A DNA stretch of 63,279 nt, filler included, from Octopus bimaculoides (Eukaryota), in assembly GCF_001194135.2 (NCBI RefSeq). It is 4 parts of 4 records of this genome, joined end to end, with 100 filler letters (N's around TTAATTAATTAA, not from the genome) between each part and the next. Parts side by side here need not be neighbours in the genome. Positions count along the whole stretch, not along the records: positions 1 to 27,011 come from NC_068982.1; 3 more parts are not named here. The stretch is one strand, 5' to 3'. Both the position numbers and the translations under genes were made by a program. The notes under the pieces were generated by a model. It was not told the DNA's origin and searched no databases. It was given only the letters and a program-made list of their open reading frames with translations. Positions 1 through 13,766 of this stretch are shown piece after piece. Each line of letters opens with the position of its first letter. The stretch's first letter is position 1.

Positions 1-920
1 TATATATATATATATACACACATACACATATCTACACATAAATACACAGAGGCACACATTTATATGCAGGAATGTATGCGTGCATATAATTGTGTAATAA
101 ATTGCTAAATATGCGTAACATAAAAATATCAAATTTCTTTTACAATTTGGTTTCTTCCAAATGAAAATAAATAAAAAAAAAACGGGGCTTAATAAAACAT
201 ATAACAATAAATCCGAAAGGAATAAATAATTATATATACATATATATATATATACACACACATGCTTACACATTTAAGGAAACATCATATATATTAGAAA
301 TTTTCTGAGAACATTAAAATATGATGTGATATTTTATATGTTATAATATACAATAAATTGCTTCATTTAAACAGCTAAATTTTGCAATACATTATATTGA
401 ATATTACTTATTTTTCTTCTGATTGCTTTTTATTATTCCAACTTATGTTTATTTTAATTTGTCCATGTAGGGCTTTACTATTACTTACTTACTGATTACA
501 TTCATCTATTTCTCTGAAATATAATATTACTATATTATGTATGAAAGTAATGGATATATCACGAAAAACATACGAAATACAATATATAAAATAAAACATA
601 ATATGCTCACCAAATCATCAATTTCAAATATGTTTTCGTTTTCTTATTACACTTACCTACATTTGTTCTCCACTAGTTCTGCCGGAAATCATCTTTCTCA
701 AAGCAATTTCATTCTAGAATTTTGATAATATTCATTTTATATTATTTTACGAGATCTGTGATTGATAACAAGCCATATTTATTGAATGAATATGTTATGT
801 ATCAGAACGTACAGTAATTTTGTATTACAGATACATGTTTCGTTTTCTTTGCTGCATTGTAAAGACATGTTTATTGTTTCAAATGTCAATTGCAATTTCC
901 TTTAACATTCTGATATTTTT

Positions 921-1225
921 CTGCAATTCATTTCCAGTTATTTACAATGGGGAATAATTTTCAATCTATTTCATCATTGTGTATCAAATCAACTGAACTA
1001 AAGAATATAATTTCCTTCTCTTTCTCTCTGTTTTTTTAAAATTTTTTTATGCATGTATATTTCTTTCATTGTCATGGATAGATTTATTTTGACGGAGCAC
1101 TAAGTGAGCATCTATTATTGACAACACTATTTTGTTGAATCGACTAAAACCTTTGCCGATTTCTTTCAGACAAATCCAATAGAGAACCCAATAACTTTCA
1201 GAATGTAAATTGAATAGTGGGAAAG
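921..1225. repeat. Copy 1 of a diverged local duplication (partner 2127-2406)
   Basis: Shared blocks CTGCAATTCATTTCCAG..ACAATGGGGAATAATTTTCAATC and TTTCAGACAAATCCAAT..GAACCCAATAA; about 79% identity by hand count over a 125-bp core. Confidence 0.85.
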
Positions 1226-1393
1226 TAACATATATTTGAACTCTTTCAAAAGATCTTCAATTATATTTGGTAAAAGTAGTTTTACACTTTACACGCAGAA
1301 TGACAACTGCTGCATCTATATATCCTTTGTATTCTGGCAAAGAAAGAGGTGAATAATTTTTTTTAGGTTTCACGCATCTGAAGATAGTATTTA

Positions 1394-1394
<1 letters not shown>

Positions 1395-1453
<59 letters not shown>

Positions 1454-1463
1454 AATCTATCTA

Positions 1464-1497
<34 letters not shown>
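1395..1497. repeat. (CTAT)n-(TA)n compound microsatellite running into an N gap
   Basis: Direct reading. Confidence 0.97.
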
Positions 1498-2126
1498 NNN
1501 NNNNNNNNNNNNNNNNNNNNNNNNNNNNNNNNNNNNNNNNNNNNNNNNNNNNNNNNNNNNNNNNNNNNNNNNNNNNNNNNNNNNNNNNNNNNNNNNNNNN
1601 NNNNNNNNNNNNNNNNNNNNNNNNNNNNNNNNNNNNNNNNNNNNNNNNNNNNNNNNNNNNNNNNNNNNNNNNNNNNNNNNNNNNNNNNNNNNNNNNNNNN
1701 NNNNNNNNNNNNNNNNNNNNNNNNNNNNNNNNNNNNNNNNNNNNNNNNNNNNNNNNNNNNNNNNNNNNNNNNNNNNNNNNNNNNNNNNNNNNNNNNNNNN
1801 NNNNNNNNNNNNNNNNNNNNNNNNNNNNNNNNNNNNNNNNNNNNNNNNNNNNNNNNNNNNNNNNNNNNNNNNNNNNNNNNNNNNNNNNNNNNNNNNNNNN
1901 NNNNNNNNNNNNNNNNNNNNNNNNNNNNNNNNNNNNNNNNNNNNNNNNNNNNNNNNNNNNNNNNNNNNNNNNNNNNNNNNNNNNNNNNNNNAATATCGAT
2001 ATTAGCATGGTATCATGTTGAAGGAAACGAGTTCAGAGCAAAGCATTTAGTATATCATGCTTTTATTCACCCAGGGAAATCTTTTCATTTTCTCAGCTGA
2101 ATTGGCCTTTTAAGATGTTACAATAG

Positions 2127-2406
2127 CTGCAATTCATTTCCAGATAATAACAATGGGGAATAATTTTCAATCTTTCATCAATTGAGTGTCAACGTACCTG
2201 CACTAAAGGAAAAAAAAAAATTCTCTTTCTTATATTATGATCATTGTCATAGATAGATATAATAGTTTGTGTGGATAGAGCTCAAAGTGAACATCTATCA
2301 GTGACATCACAATTCTTTTGAATCCAACAAAACTTTTGCTGATTCCTTTCAGACAAATCCAATGAAGAACCCAATAATGTTCGAAATGTGAATTAAATGA
2401 TAGGAA
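2127..2406. repeat. Copy 2 of the diverged local duplication (partner 921-1225)
   Basis: See copy 1. Confidence 0.85.
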
Positions 2407-3894
2407 TCTAATATATGTAATGCACATTGCATTTTGGCCTATCAGCTAGTCATGTTCACTCTGCTTTTTCTTCCATGTAAGTCTTAGAATTCTGTATAAA
2501 CGGCAGTAACTTGACAGAAACCTAAGCTGTATGATACGAGTTTATCCCAGTATGCTGAGATATATTTCATATTATTTTGTCACCCATAATTAGTAAAGTA
2601 TCGTGCAGTCTATTTAGTTTTCTCAAGAGCGAGTTACTGGTTTGCAGACGTTTTCAGTGCGAGCATATCAGGGCTATAACAAGGGCGTTTATAAACAACA
2701 CAATATATATTTCTGTAACACTTTTATACATTAGTAATTTTTTCACCGGTGCCAATCCACATAGGCTCCCTCTTCCTTCATCGCATCCCATAGATAAATC
2801 AAAACAAAGGTGACTCACATGTATGTTATTTAGCATAAATTATTAGAACTAATATTTGCCACCTGTTTTTCCAAGTTGTTTCTGGTAAATCATATTGCTT
2901 GTCTGAATAATGGAGGTTAAGCCAGGCCAGAAATGTTCACTTATTTTGGATTTGATTTATGGCTGGGGTTGATTGCAGACCAGAGTTGACATTATTGTAC
3001 TGATGGCGATTATAGAAGGAAATACATTTGCAAAGGCATGTCGTCCCTTCCCCAGTAAAACGAATATTGCCTTTTAAGTAATAGGATATAATTCTTTCAT
3101 ATTACTGGCAGAATACTCAACCGGCATCTGAGATGTACAGCTTCGACTCCTGTAGCCGCCTGCTGGCAACTCTTTTCTGTCTTATAAGATTAAAATTCCG
3201 AACGTATACTGTGATCTAGGCTTACTTTTTTGAGTCTATATCACTTTCTTATCTGAAGCCGTTTGCCAATGATTCAAGTTGTTTGTTTAGCTTCGTTTTC
3301 AACATATCAAAACTTACATCGCAATTTGGCATACTTCAAGAGTCCAGCTCTCTAACGTCCACACACACCTCATTAGCTGATCCGAAACTAAGAAAATCAT
3401 TTGCAAAACATTATAGACTTGCGTTAAACCAATTGGCGCATCACTGCGTAGCAATGTTATGTTTACTAATCGATCGAGTCAGCACTTATTACGATAACTC
3501 GAAAGTATGGACTTGAACCCTCGAAACCCGTTCTATTTCAAGTGAGAGGAGTGGCATAATTTGCTTCACGGAATATACAACACATTTTGTGTTTGTTTTT
3601 ATTTTATCTTATTTGTTTTTTAATATTTCAGATAATGTGAACTGATCGTTTTCGTCTGCTAAAGAATGATAAATGACTCAGGTTTCCATAATCGACTTTA
3701 TGTCATTCCTCCAGCATCACCAATGACCAAGCGTGAAATCTGTGAAAGAAATACAATATGTCGTAGGCACTCAGCTACTCTTTGTCAATCATACAATGTA
3801 CAATGCTAATTTACAAATACTAACACTAGTTATAATCGTAAATTTTACAGATTAGCAAACTGGATTTCTGAAATGTATGTATGTGTATATGTGT

Positions 3895-3895
3895 G

Positions 3896-3946
<51 letters not shown>

Positions 3947-4039
3947 GTCTATCTACGCTCTTCGACATGTGTGCATGTGCGAGTGTATGAGTGTAGGTAT
4001 ATATAATATGTGTGTATATATATTATACGATTGTATGTA

Positions 4040-4115
<76 letters not shown>

Positions 4116-4215
4116 CTTGCATCCATACATAAATACACATACACACACGCACACACACACGCACATACATACACACACACATACACACATAAATATACAT
4201 ATATACATATGTATA
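3895..4215. repeat. (CTAT)n/(TA)n/(CA)n compound microsatellite
   Basis: Direct reading; source of the YIYI/THTH/CVCV pseudo-ORFs. Confidence 0.95.
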
Positions 4216-4216
4216 T

Positions 4217-4540
4217 ATGAAAGGAGCACTCCGTCGCTTACGACGACGTGGGTTCCGGCTGATACGATCAACGGAACAGCTTGCTCGTGAAATTAACGTG
4301 CAAGTGGCTGAGCACTTCACATACACGTGTACTCTTAATGTAGTTCTCGGGGGAGATTCAGCGTGACACAAAGTGTGACAAAGCAGCCCTTTTTTTGAAA
4401 TACTAGTACTACTCATTTCTGCCAGCTGAGTGGACTAAAGCAATGTGAAATAAACTGTCTTGCTCAAAGACACAACGCCTCACCGGGAATTTAACCCACG
4501 ACCTTACAATCGTGAGCCGAATGCCCTAACCGCTAAGCCA
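4217..4540 (-). mobile_element. tRNA-derived SINE (family C in this window)
   Basis: Minus strand begins TGGCTTAGCGGTTAGGGCATTCGGCTCACGATTGTAAGGTCGTGGGTTAAATTCCCGG, with Pol III A-box and B-box-like motifs, followed by TTGTGTCTTTGAGCAAGACA, which resembles a CORE-SINE body. Confidence 0.7.
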
Positions 4541-4559
4541 GTTGCCGTTATTATATATG

Positions 4560-4604
<45 letters not shown>

Positions 4605-6680
4605 CATCATTGTATGTGTGTATAGTTATATCATTGTATGTGAATATATATACATATTTTTATATACCTATCTGTGTACGTGAGTGTGCGCACGTGTGTA
4701 TATGTGTGTATGTGTTTATGAAACGAACAATATTTACATTTACTATATTCAAATGAAACGATGAAACGTATTCATTTTAATGCAAAGCGGAATCGGAATC
4801 GTTTTAGTGCTGATGCTGATTAGCAAATGAAACCCTGAGACATAAATCTAGTTGTCAAGAATGGTAATGAAGAAGGCGCTGTCACAGCTGGAACGCTTCG
4901 GATATTTTTTTTCTGTCTGACATGGTTGACTAGACAGCATCGATATCAACGCTAGAATATGCTAAAATATAAGCCATCAAAAACCCTGGTCTATTTTCCT
5001 GCATGTTACAACGGCTCAACGAGGAAGATTCTTATTTTGCAATCGGAAATAACAGATACATCTCATGTGATAGCAAGGCCATATTGGATACTATAAACCA
5101 ACGGAATGAAAATGTATTAAATTTGATTGGCGATTATGAATCAACTGAATCGTAATTTTAAAATGCCATCGTGTAACAACTTAAGGCCATCTCTGTATGT
5201 ATTTTGATTACATAAGCATTAAGTATAACAAGATATTCTCCACATATATCATTTTAAGAATGACGCACTTCCTTTCATTAGCGTATATTACACTATCTAG
5301 TGTTATTCTATACGCGTATTTATTCAATACTAAGAATTCTTAAAATTCTTTGAGTAATTTCAATGGTTTATAAACATTGTGCAACATACACTATAATGCC
5401 ATTCTCTTTACCACTGTACAAATACAAAAAATATTGTGTTAGAGTGTGTGTAAGCGAGTGTCTTTATTGGTGTGCGCGTATGCGTGTTTATGTGTTTGCG
5501 TGCATTTTTTCTTTGTGTGCATATTCGTTTGTACATGTGTGGGTATGTGTGTGTGCGTGTGGGTTAATACACTGAATATATTCCATTCATATATTACCTT
5601 GCGAATTCTTATATGTGAATAATACAGTATTGTTTAGAGGAAAGGTTATAACTGTGTATATATTTGTGTTTATGTGTGAGTATGTATATATGTATGTAGG
5701 TATTTATGCATGCATGTATGTATGTATGTATGTATATATACATATGTATTTCTCTTACAGCTTGTGGATTACTAAATTTAATTGAAATACGCAAAATACA
5801 CTAACCCCAGTCTTCGTTTCTCTCAAGAAATTATGTTGCTAAAATGAAACCTTTCAGTAGATAGACAGTTCCCATTCCACTTTCCTAACTGAATTCAAAG
5901 CAACACACATAACTATCTAAAAGTATGAGAGCATGAAAAACATCCTAAAATATATTCAGGAGTTAATCAAGCTTATTACATAGAAACACAGCATCACAAA
6001 TAAAACGCAGCGATGATATGCGAATACGAGACACATGTATTTATACACTTCAGTTCCCCACAAAGATTTATAATGCCAGAAAAATCCCATTCGATTTGAT
6101 TGGACAAAAACGTTTAAATATGTAAAACGTAACTACTTTAGAAAGTGGTATCGACGTTAAAATGTCACTATGAAATAGTAAAAGGTAAAACACTGATTTT
6201 AAGCAGTAAAAATAACGAGCACAGGGAAATTTTGTCTACACAAAGGAACAAGAGAAATATTGGTCGAAATTAGCACGGAAAACAGAACGATATTTCATGA
6301 TAAGAAACAAAGATATTTTGACATAAGCATTCCTTAAAATCGACTTTATTGCATACGCAATTTGTGGACTAACCAATAAAGATGATGTCCACATATATGA
6401 AACAAGTAAAAAAGTATATGTATTTGACAATATATCATTCCTGTTATCAACTATGAAACTTACGAAGCGATAAGACGAGCAGAGAATAACAGCACTTCCT
6501 CTTGTGGATGGTAAAAATAGCAAAAATATATATATCTTCCCTAAATGTGACATGTTAGAATGACATATGTCGACCAGGCAACCTCGGGCAGGTGTCTTTT
6601 AAGCTTCAGGCGGTCCAACGCCATACCAATCGATTTCGTAGGCGAAAACAAACTGTATGGACACCCTTCGTGCGTATATA

Positions 6681-7393
6681 TATTGGGTTGGCAACTACGT
6701 TCCCCACCCCTTTTGTTTTAAATGTTTGAATTTATCGCGTTTTAAAATTTTGGAATCTTTTTTTTTCGAGAATTCTATTTTTGAATCATTTTGGAATCTA
6801 CTTTGTTTTTTTTTTGTTTTTTTTTGTTTTTTGATTTTTGCTGTCCAGTTGAGTTCGATGAAAGGCGATTAAACCAACTTTTGTACGAAAATTCGCGTCA
6901 AACGACAAGGGAACTGGCAGAGAAAATGGAATGGTCCCACACTGCTATAGAGAAGCATCTTCACTCAATGGGAATGGTTCAGAAGTATAAAGCATGGGTT
7001 GCGCATGCTTTAAGTGACAACAACAAAAATCAACGAGCTACAATCTCCGCTGGATTGCTTGCTCATCACCGCTCAACTCATGGACACAAGCAACGATTTC
7101 TTTAACGAATCGTTACTGGCGACGAAACATGGTGCCTGTACATCAATATGAAGCAGCGTAAAGAATGGCTTAGCCCCGGTAAACAAGCGACACCGTGCGT
7201 GAAACAAGATCTTCATCCGCTTAAAACGATGTTGTGCGTATGGTGGGACTGGGAAGGGATTATCCATAACGAATTGCTTGAACGGAACCAAACGGTCAAC
7301 GTGGAACTCTATGTTCAACAAATGGAACGACTCAATACGGTTATTCAAGAGAAAAGTACTAATCTGCAGCAAGGAGTTCTTCTGCTGCACGAC
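6681..7393 (+). mobile_element. mariner transposon relic: 5' TIR, internal deletion, 3' truncated
   Basis: TA+TTGGGTTGGCAAC terminus; translation ..VEFDERRLNQLLYENSRQTTRELAEKM..WVAHAL (WVPHEL-like)..RIVTGDETW..KTMLCVWWDWEGII..GVLLLHD with an in-frame stop at 7103-7105. Confidence 0.93.
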
Positions 7394-7593
7394 ATGGACA
7401 AAAATTTCTTATCAAGAAAATACATATTCAAATAAGTAAACCTTAATATCATGAATAGCGAAAGGGAAACCTGTCGATATATTAAAATTATATAAAAACT
7501 ATGTAAAGTGTGTACATTTTTCTTTTTTAATTTATTATATATATTACAACTCCCCACGTGGGGATAATCGAACTTCTTCTTTTTTGTCACTAC

Positions 7594-7625
<32 letters not shown>

Positions 7626-8483
7626 TGCATGTATGTATATAATGTGTGTGTATGTATGTATGTATACACTTCTCTGTGTGTATTACTATGCTGATCCGAC
7701 CTTGAATTTCGAAAAAAAGAAACAACTCATAAATTCCTTGAAACTTTTCAGACTCAGATAAACCAACCGAAACACTAATTAGTTTAGGTAGAATATTACA
7801 TATAACCCAAGGAAATAAAAATTACCTTCATCAAATAATTAAGAAATTGCGGCCATATCTTAATAAACAGGAATATGTTCAACTATTTTACTCTAACCAT
7901 CTCCACAAAGCCCTTTGCAGCAACAAATATTCGATCTAGTGTACCAGGCCTTGAAATTTAATCATCTACGATGAATTTCTAGAAATTAAATTCAACTATG
8001 ATATTCCAAAATATTACAAAATTAGTGGAAAATCCACGTAAAGAATTCATTAAAATAACAGATCCAGAAAAAAAGGAGCATCACTGGGTGTCATCTGGCG
8101 CTTGAGATGTAACGTATCGGAAATATGCGTAAGGAACATTGATCATATTAATCAACGTTTTCATCTCAGTTTACCAACAGTTGCACGATATGTAATATGC
8201 GAAAAGTGCTACCAGGGAAGAACTATCAAAAGAACACCCATCAAACCTATACATGCACAAAAACATATAACAGAAAATAAAACCAACTGTAAAGGACAGA
8301 ACCGCATCCGCTCAATTGGAAATCGTCGAAGAATGAGATATTGCGAGGGGAAAATTACTGCAGAATCGAGATATTGACAAAATATATGTAAAGAAATGGA
8401 TTTAGCAAACTAGTCGTATGCAACACACACACACACATACCCACACACACACACACACCCACACTCACCNNNNNNNNNNNNNN

Positions 8484-8519
<36 letters not shown>

Positions 8520-9776
8520 GCACGCACGCACGCACACACATACTGACACGTACATAAACACACGCAATACACATAAACACACGCTATACACATACATAAA
8601 TGCGTTTTTCTTAGTAGCAACAAACATTATTGGAATGCAATTTTAAAAATATTGGAATCGGAAATATAATATTGATCTGAGAAATAACAACATAGCAGTC
8701 TATGACAAAAAACTGAGCATGGAAGTATTTATATATGAATATAGCTGAGTACAACCTGCTTTCGCAATCATAATTCCAAACCCATACCATTCAGTAATAG
8801 AAGAGTAACGCCAAGCATGCAAACATTCAGAATTTACTTTTAAATCAGTGTTTTGTTGAGTGACAGTCAACCGCTGAAGATACTGCCTATTGAAGGGTTG
8901 GTAAAAGCAACATATTCATCGAATAATCTACAACAAAAGAAGCGACAAAAAGACATACATTCTTCTAGGATTTGCAAATACCTCCACATAAGCCAAGTCG
9001 GGTAAAATCCAATCAGGTTTGGAGACGTGCACCAGCGCAGCGCATTGTTACGTTCACCAATTGTCGGTGATTTCCCGGGCCATTTCAGGTGACTCGTCAA
9101 TCAGAGTTCCCATCAGGCCCCAACTCCGCAAGATACGTCGTCTGAGGGAATGAAAGAGTATATAGGTTGTGTTTGTATGTGTGTGCGTATGAAAAAACAG
9201 TGAAGTAATCTCAATATGTGTTCAATTTCCCAAAACACTTTACCGGTTTCTAATCAATCAAGAAAATAGTTTCCCTTATATAGAAAAGAAAGTTGTTATT
9301 TAGTTGTTCTTCACAACAAAAATATTGTCCTTGCAATGTTAATATTGAACTATTTCAAATGGAAATGCCAAGAAATGATTACGTTCAACAATGTTTTCAA
9401 TTTTAGATATAACTTATAATATTAATATGAAAAATCTATTTTACCTTAAAAAGTAATTTAGAAAATAGTATTGAAATACATATAAATGTTGAAAACTATA
9501 CATAGAATAGATTTGGCATTTTCCAAACAACTTATAATTTTATTTCTGTGGAGAGTGTGTATTATATATATTTCAAATCATTGAGAAAGTTAAGTTTCAT
9601 GAGACGTGTAAGGAAATCAAGAACGAGAAGACATTAAAAATTATGAGTAACAATAAATTGGAAAAAGAAATTAAAAAGTATTTTCAATATAAACGTTTAT
9701 GCATATGTGTGTGTGTGTGTGTGCATGTATATATAATATATGTGTGTGTGTGTGTGTAAGTATAAATATATGTATT

Positions 9777-9854
<78 letters not shown>

Positions 9855-10129
9855 CATATATATAGACATACATACATATTTATATTTATATAAACATTTA
9901 ACATGAAAATACAATGTTTGTTTAAAGTACGTTTGTGGTTAATACCTCGATTTGTTGTACTATGGAGCAAAAAATGATGAGCAAACTTTGCAAAATAGAG
10001 CTCATTGTCTTTCTCAATCGATAGAAATTTCTTTTTTTTTCAGATAAAATATGAACTATAAGAAAACGACTGGAAATAGAATAATCACAGGAAACACATG
10101 TAATATATGATTGATTCGATGTATTTCTT

Positions 10130-11500
10130 CTGTAATAGTACTGGGGTCCATACCTGTTGCCGATATTTATTGCTTTGGTACATTCTATTCCGTCGTGGTC
10201 TCCTCATGATAAGTGTGTAGAATGTGTTTTGTGTGTGAATATTTATTTGAGCATGTACTCTGTTAAAGTTTATTAAGTTTTGGTTTGTACTTTTGTATCA
10301 AAGTATATTCACTTAACGTAGGTAGAGTGGTAAGACTTGGATTCAGGGGGACTTATTTTTTTGCACAAATGTCTGTGTCCACACAATGGAATCTGTCTAG
10401 TACTGGGGACTCGTATTTGTTGTCGGTGAGTGGTCAGTATATATCTTAGAGTAAGCTTTGTTGAAACTATGTAATTTTCATTACATCCTTGACATTTCAT
10501 AGCGTACATTAAATTCCTTGAAGAACATGTAAACTGATTTCTTACGATAAAAATCTATCCTGAATTGAATTTGCATGTTGTGTCTTCAATAAGGGTGATG
10601 CAGGTCCCGCAGTTAGGGTGGCCACACTTTTTAACTGTTGTTGTAGGAGTTGTGGAATGTAGTTTAGCACTTGTGAGGAAATTTTTGAGCGACTTTGAAT
10701 GCCTTTTACTATTGACTATTTTGTGTTTTTCAAATGGTTGTTTCATTCTTGTGTCTTGTTTTAGCAGTGGGATGCTCTGGTGTATAAAATTGTAAACCTC
10801 CGTTTCTTAGGATGTGTGTTGTAATAAAGTGTAGAATACCGGATGTATCTGGAGCGATTTTTCGATTTTCCTAGTTCTTCGATATTTATTGCTTTTGCAC
10901 GTTGTCTATAAACATTAATGAATATTGTCGTTTAAGTATTACCCTCTTTTAGTTGCTGGAGTCTTTGATTGCGAGTTCCATGGTTTGAGACAATGGAACA
11001 GATTCTTCTTGCTAGATTAAAGCGGATACTAATTTTTATGTGTTTGGGATGGCATGAAGACAATAATAAATATTGTTTAGAATCTGTTTGTTCGTAGTAA
11101 ATATCTGTTTCAATCTTTTGATGATTAGTATATCCAGGAATGGTAGGTGAGTTGTACTGCTTTGGATGGTAAAGTTAATATTATTGTATATGCTGTTGAT
11201 TAGATTTTTGAAATCCATTAGTTGTTCAAATGTGTGCATCCATATTACTAGTCATTCAAGTAACGTTTCTAGTTTTCTACTAGATATTTGTGGAAGTTCA
11301 AGTCACATATTCTTTTCGATTGTTCATATATCTGGACCTCCAGGTATGCCATGGATAGATTGGCGTAAGTCGGAATAACGTTACTCCATTGCCGTCCCAG
11401 ATATTAGTTTGTAAATATTGCCATCGAAGCCCAAAAAGTTGTTTTGCTGGAAATATTTTAATCCTTCAGTGATGAAACTCATTTCAATTCTGTCTGGAAT
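10130..11500 (-). mobile_element. Penelope-like retroelement, 5'-truncated and decayed (RT C-terminal half, Cys linker, GIY-YIG endonuclease)
   Basis: Minus frames give GTAM..PTYANLSMAYLE, KRYLND (YxDD-like), HLPFLDILI, KKCGHPNCGTC (CxxxxCxxC linker), YAMKCQGCNENYIV..HRQQIR (GIY-YIG) and the C-terminus LIQKYKPKLNKL*. Confidence 0.92.
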
Positions 11501-11559
11501 TGCATGAGGATTAAAGAAAATTGCAATTTTAACAAATGTTGTAAACGTAAAAAAAACTA

Positions 11560-12070
11560 GTATGATAAGCTACCGCTGGAACAGAAGGCAAATATATCTA
11601 TTATTTCTGAGCAACCGCGTGTTATGTGAAATCTAGACATGCGAACTATCAAACCTCCTTTAGGAATGTGAAAAAACGAAATAGCCCGGGCCTAAGTAAG
11701 TTTATCTGGAAACTAAAAGATAACAATATGACTTATAAAATTAAATGGAAAATTATAAGCAACACTCATGCGTACGAACCACCGGCCAAATCCTGTTCAC
11801 TTTGCCTAGATGAGACGTACAATATTTTATTTTCGATGCATAAATTTTAAGTGATAGATCCGAGAAAATTTCCCAATGCTTACATGTACACAAGTGTATC
11901 TTTTCTAAATATAAAGAAAAAATCCTTTCTGGCAAATGATAATTATATCAATACATCCGATATAAACACCCCAATATATTCTATATAGATTTAACAACTC
12001 TAATTATACATACTTTCTACCACTTTAATTACATATTTTTTAATATAACAACTGCTTTTTATATATACAG
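11560..12070 (+). mobile_element. Second Penelope-like fragment of a different lineage: GIY-YIG C-terminus plus 3' tail
   Basis: KSRHANYQTSFRNVKKRNSPGLSKFIWKLKD..YKIKWKIISNTHAYEPPAKSCSLCLDE matches the typical PLE pattern 'H..SFR....N.T.LSKYIW.LK.....I.W.I......Y.....C.LCL.E'. Confidence 0.8.
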
Positions 12071-12586
12071 TCTACCTTTTAATATTTCAATCGCACAATC
12101 AGTAGTACCCATATACACTACAAATAATAATTATCATATTGTAACCTACTTTTAATACCATTTCTTATTAGAGATACGCAAGCACACACACACATATATA
12201 CTATATGTAGTATTAATTAATATTAGGAGATGGAAGTGCCGGAAAATCACTCTCAAATGTTGGGGCGACACTGGACTACATAAGCATAAACATATACATA
12301 AACATAAATTATAGCGTATAAAAAATATAGAATTAACCGCACAGGGACTTATAAAGATATCACAGTGCCTTCAGAGACGTTAGGTTTAAGAACTCATATT
12401 TCTACACAACACAGCTGAGAATGTAAGGAGTAATTTTATGCCCCTATCTTAAATGATTTTGGCGAACTTAATTCAGAATTAAAAAGTTAGACATCACTTA
12501 TTTATCTACCATTTCGGACAGTTTTGACATAATTCTATGTGCAAGGCAGCAGGCATCTATATATATACATACATACATACACACTT

Positions 12587-12643
<57 letters not shown>

Positions 12644-13397
12644 CATATATATATAGAAATATGAAAATGTATGTATGTGTTTGTGTGCACGTGTGCGCGT
12701 GCATTTAAGGTCTATGGTAGATATGTATGTGCATGTGTGTGTACATACATACCGATACAGATACGTAACACATCACGCTCATACACAAACAAGCATGCAC
12801 ATCCCATGTATACTCACTCTACTCGCTGGTATTTTAATGTTCAAGATTGTAGTTTTATGATGCTACGATATTAAATTTCCTCCGATTAAAAAGAGATAAT
12901 CCGTTTTATTGATGCAATCAAGAACTAATTACAGCAATTAAATAGAGTTCTTGTTTAAGTTGTATTCATTGAGTTAGTTTTGATTTACGTTTTTATTGAA
13001 ATCATTCGTGTACAAATGATATCTGCTGTTACACTCTCGGGAAATTATTCATGTACTTTATATTGGGTTTTCTTCTGTTTTATTCTACATTTTACTTAAT
13101 GAAAGTACATTTTAATTTCTGTTTTCACTAAATAATCTTAGAATGATCTGATCTCGGTGTTTCATTTAGTTGAAAAATAATGAATTTACCAGTGGGTTCC
13201 CTAATTATTCTGTTATTAAAGAAATATTTGTTATACGGGCATGTACATATGTACAGATTCATGATTTCAATAACTCGTTCTTTTAATAGAAAATTTGAAA
13301 GAGAGGCCGCAGTTTTGGAACCAATAATATTTATGCCTTTTCTCATTAATAAAGGATATTTAGCAGTTAATAGCATTAAATAAATAGATGCTATATA

Positions 13398-13443
<46 letters not shown>

Positions 13444-13766
13444 TATGTTGTACGTATGTATGAGGGAATGAATATATATATATATTTCCCCCTCACATGT
13501 GGTGGCACTAAATGTTCATGTACATCTGGACACGCATATATACTCGTCCATTTATGCTTTTGTATCCATAGATATCTAAGTATCGTTATGTAAACAGGCA
13601 CAGGCATGTGTATTGGAGTGTTTAAAACTATTTATGTGGTCTTATATACTGTTTGTAGGCTTTTTATGTGCCTTATATTTTTATATTTTCATTCTTCATT
13701 TATTTTAATTTTTACTTTATTCCTATTTTATTTTCATTTTTCTTTTATATTTGTATTGCATTTTGT

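Noticed and set aside
659-715. 57-nt minus-strand exon-like unit ending at a perfect donor (TAG|GTAAGT)
   Set aside because: The acceptor lacks a pyrimidine tract and the only open frame ends in a stop at the junction
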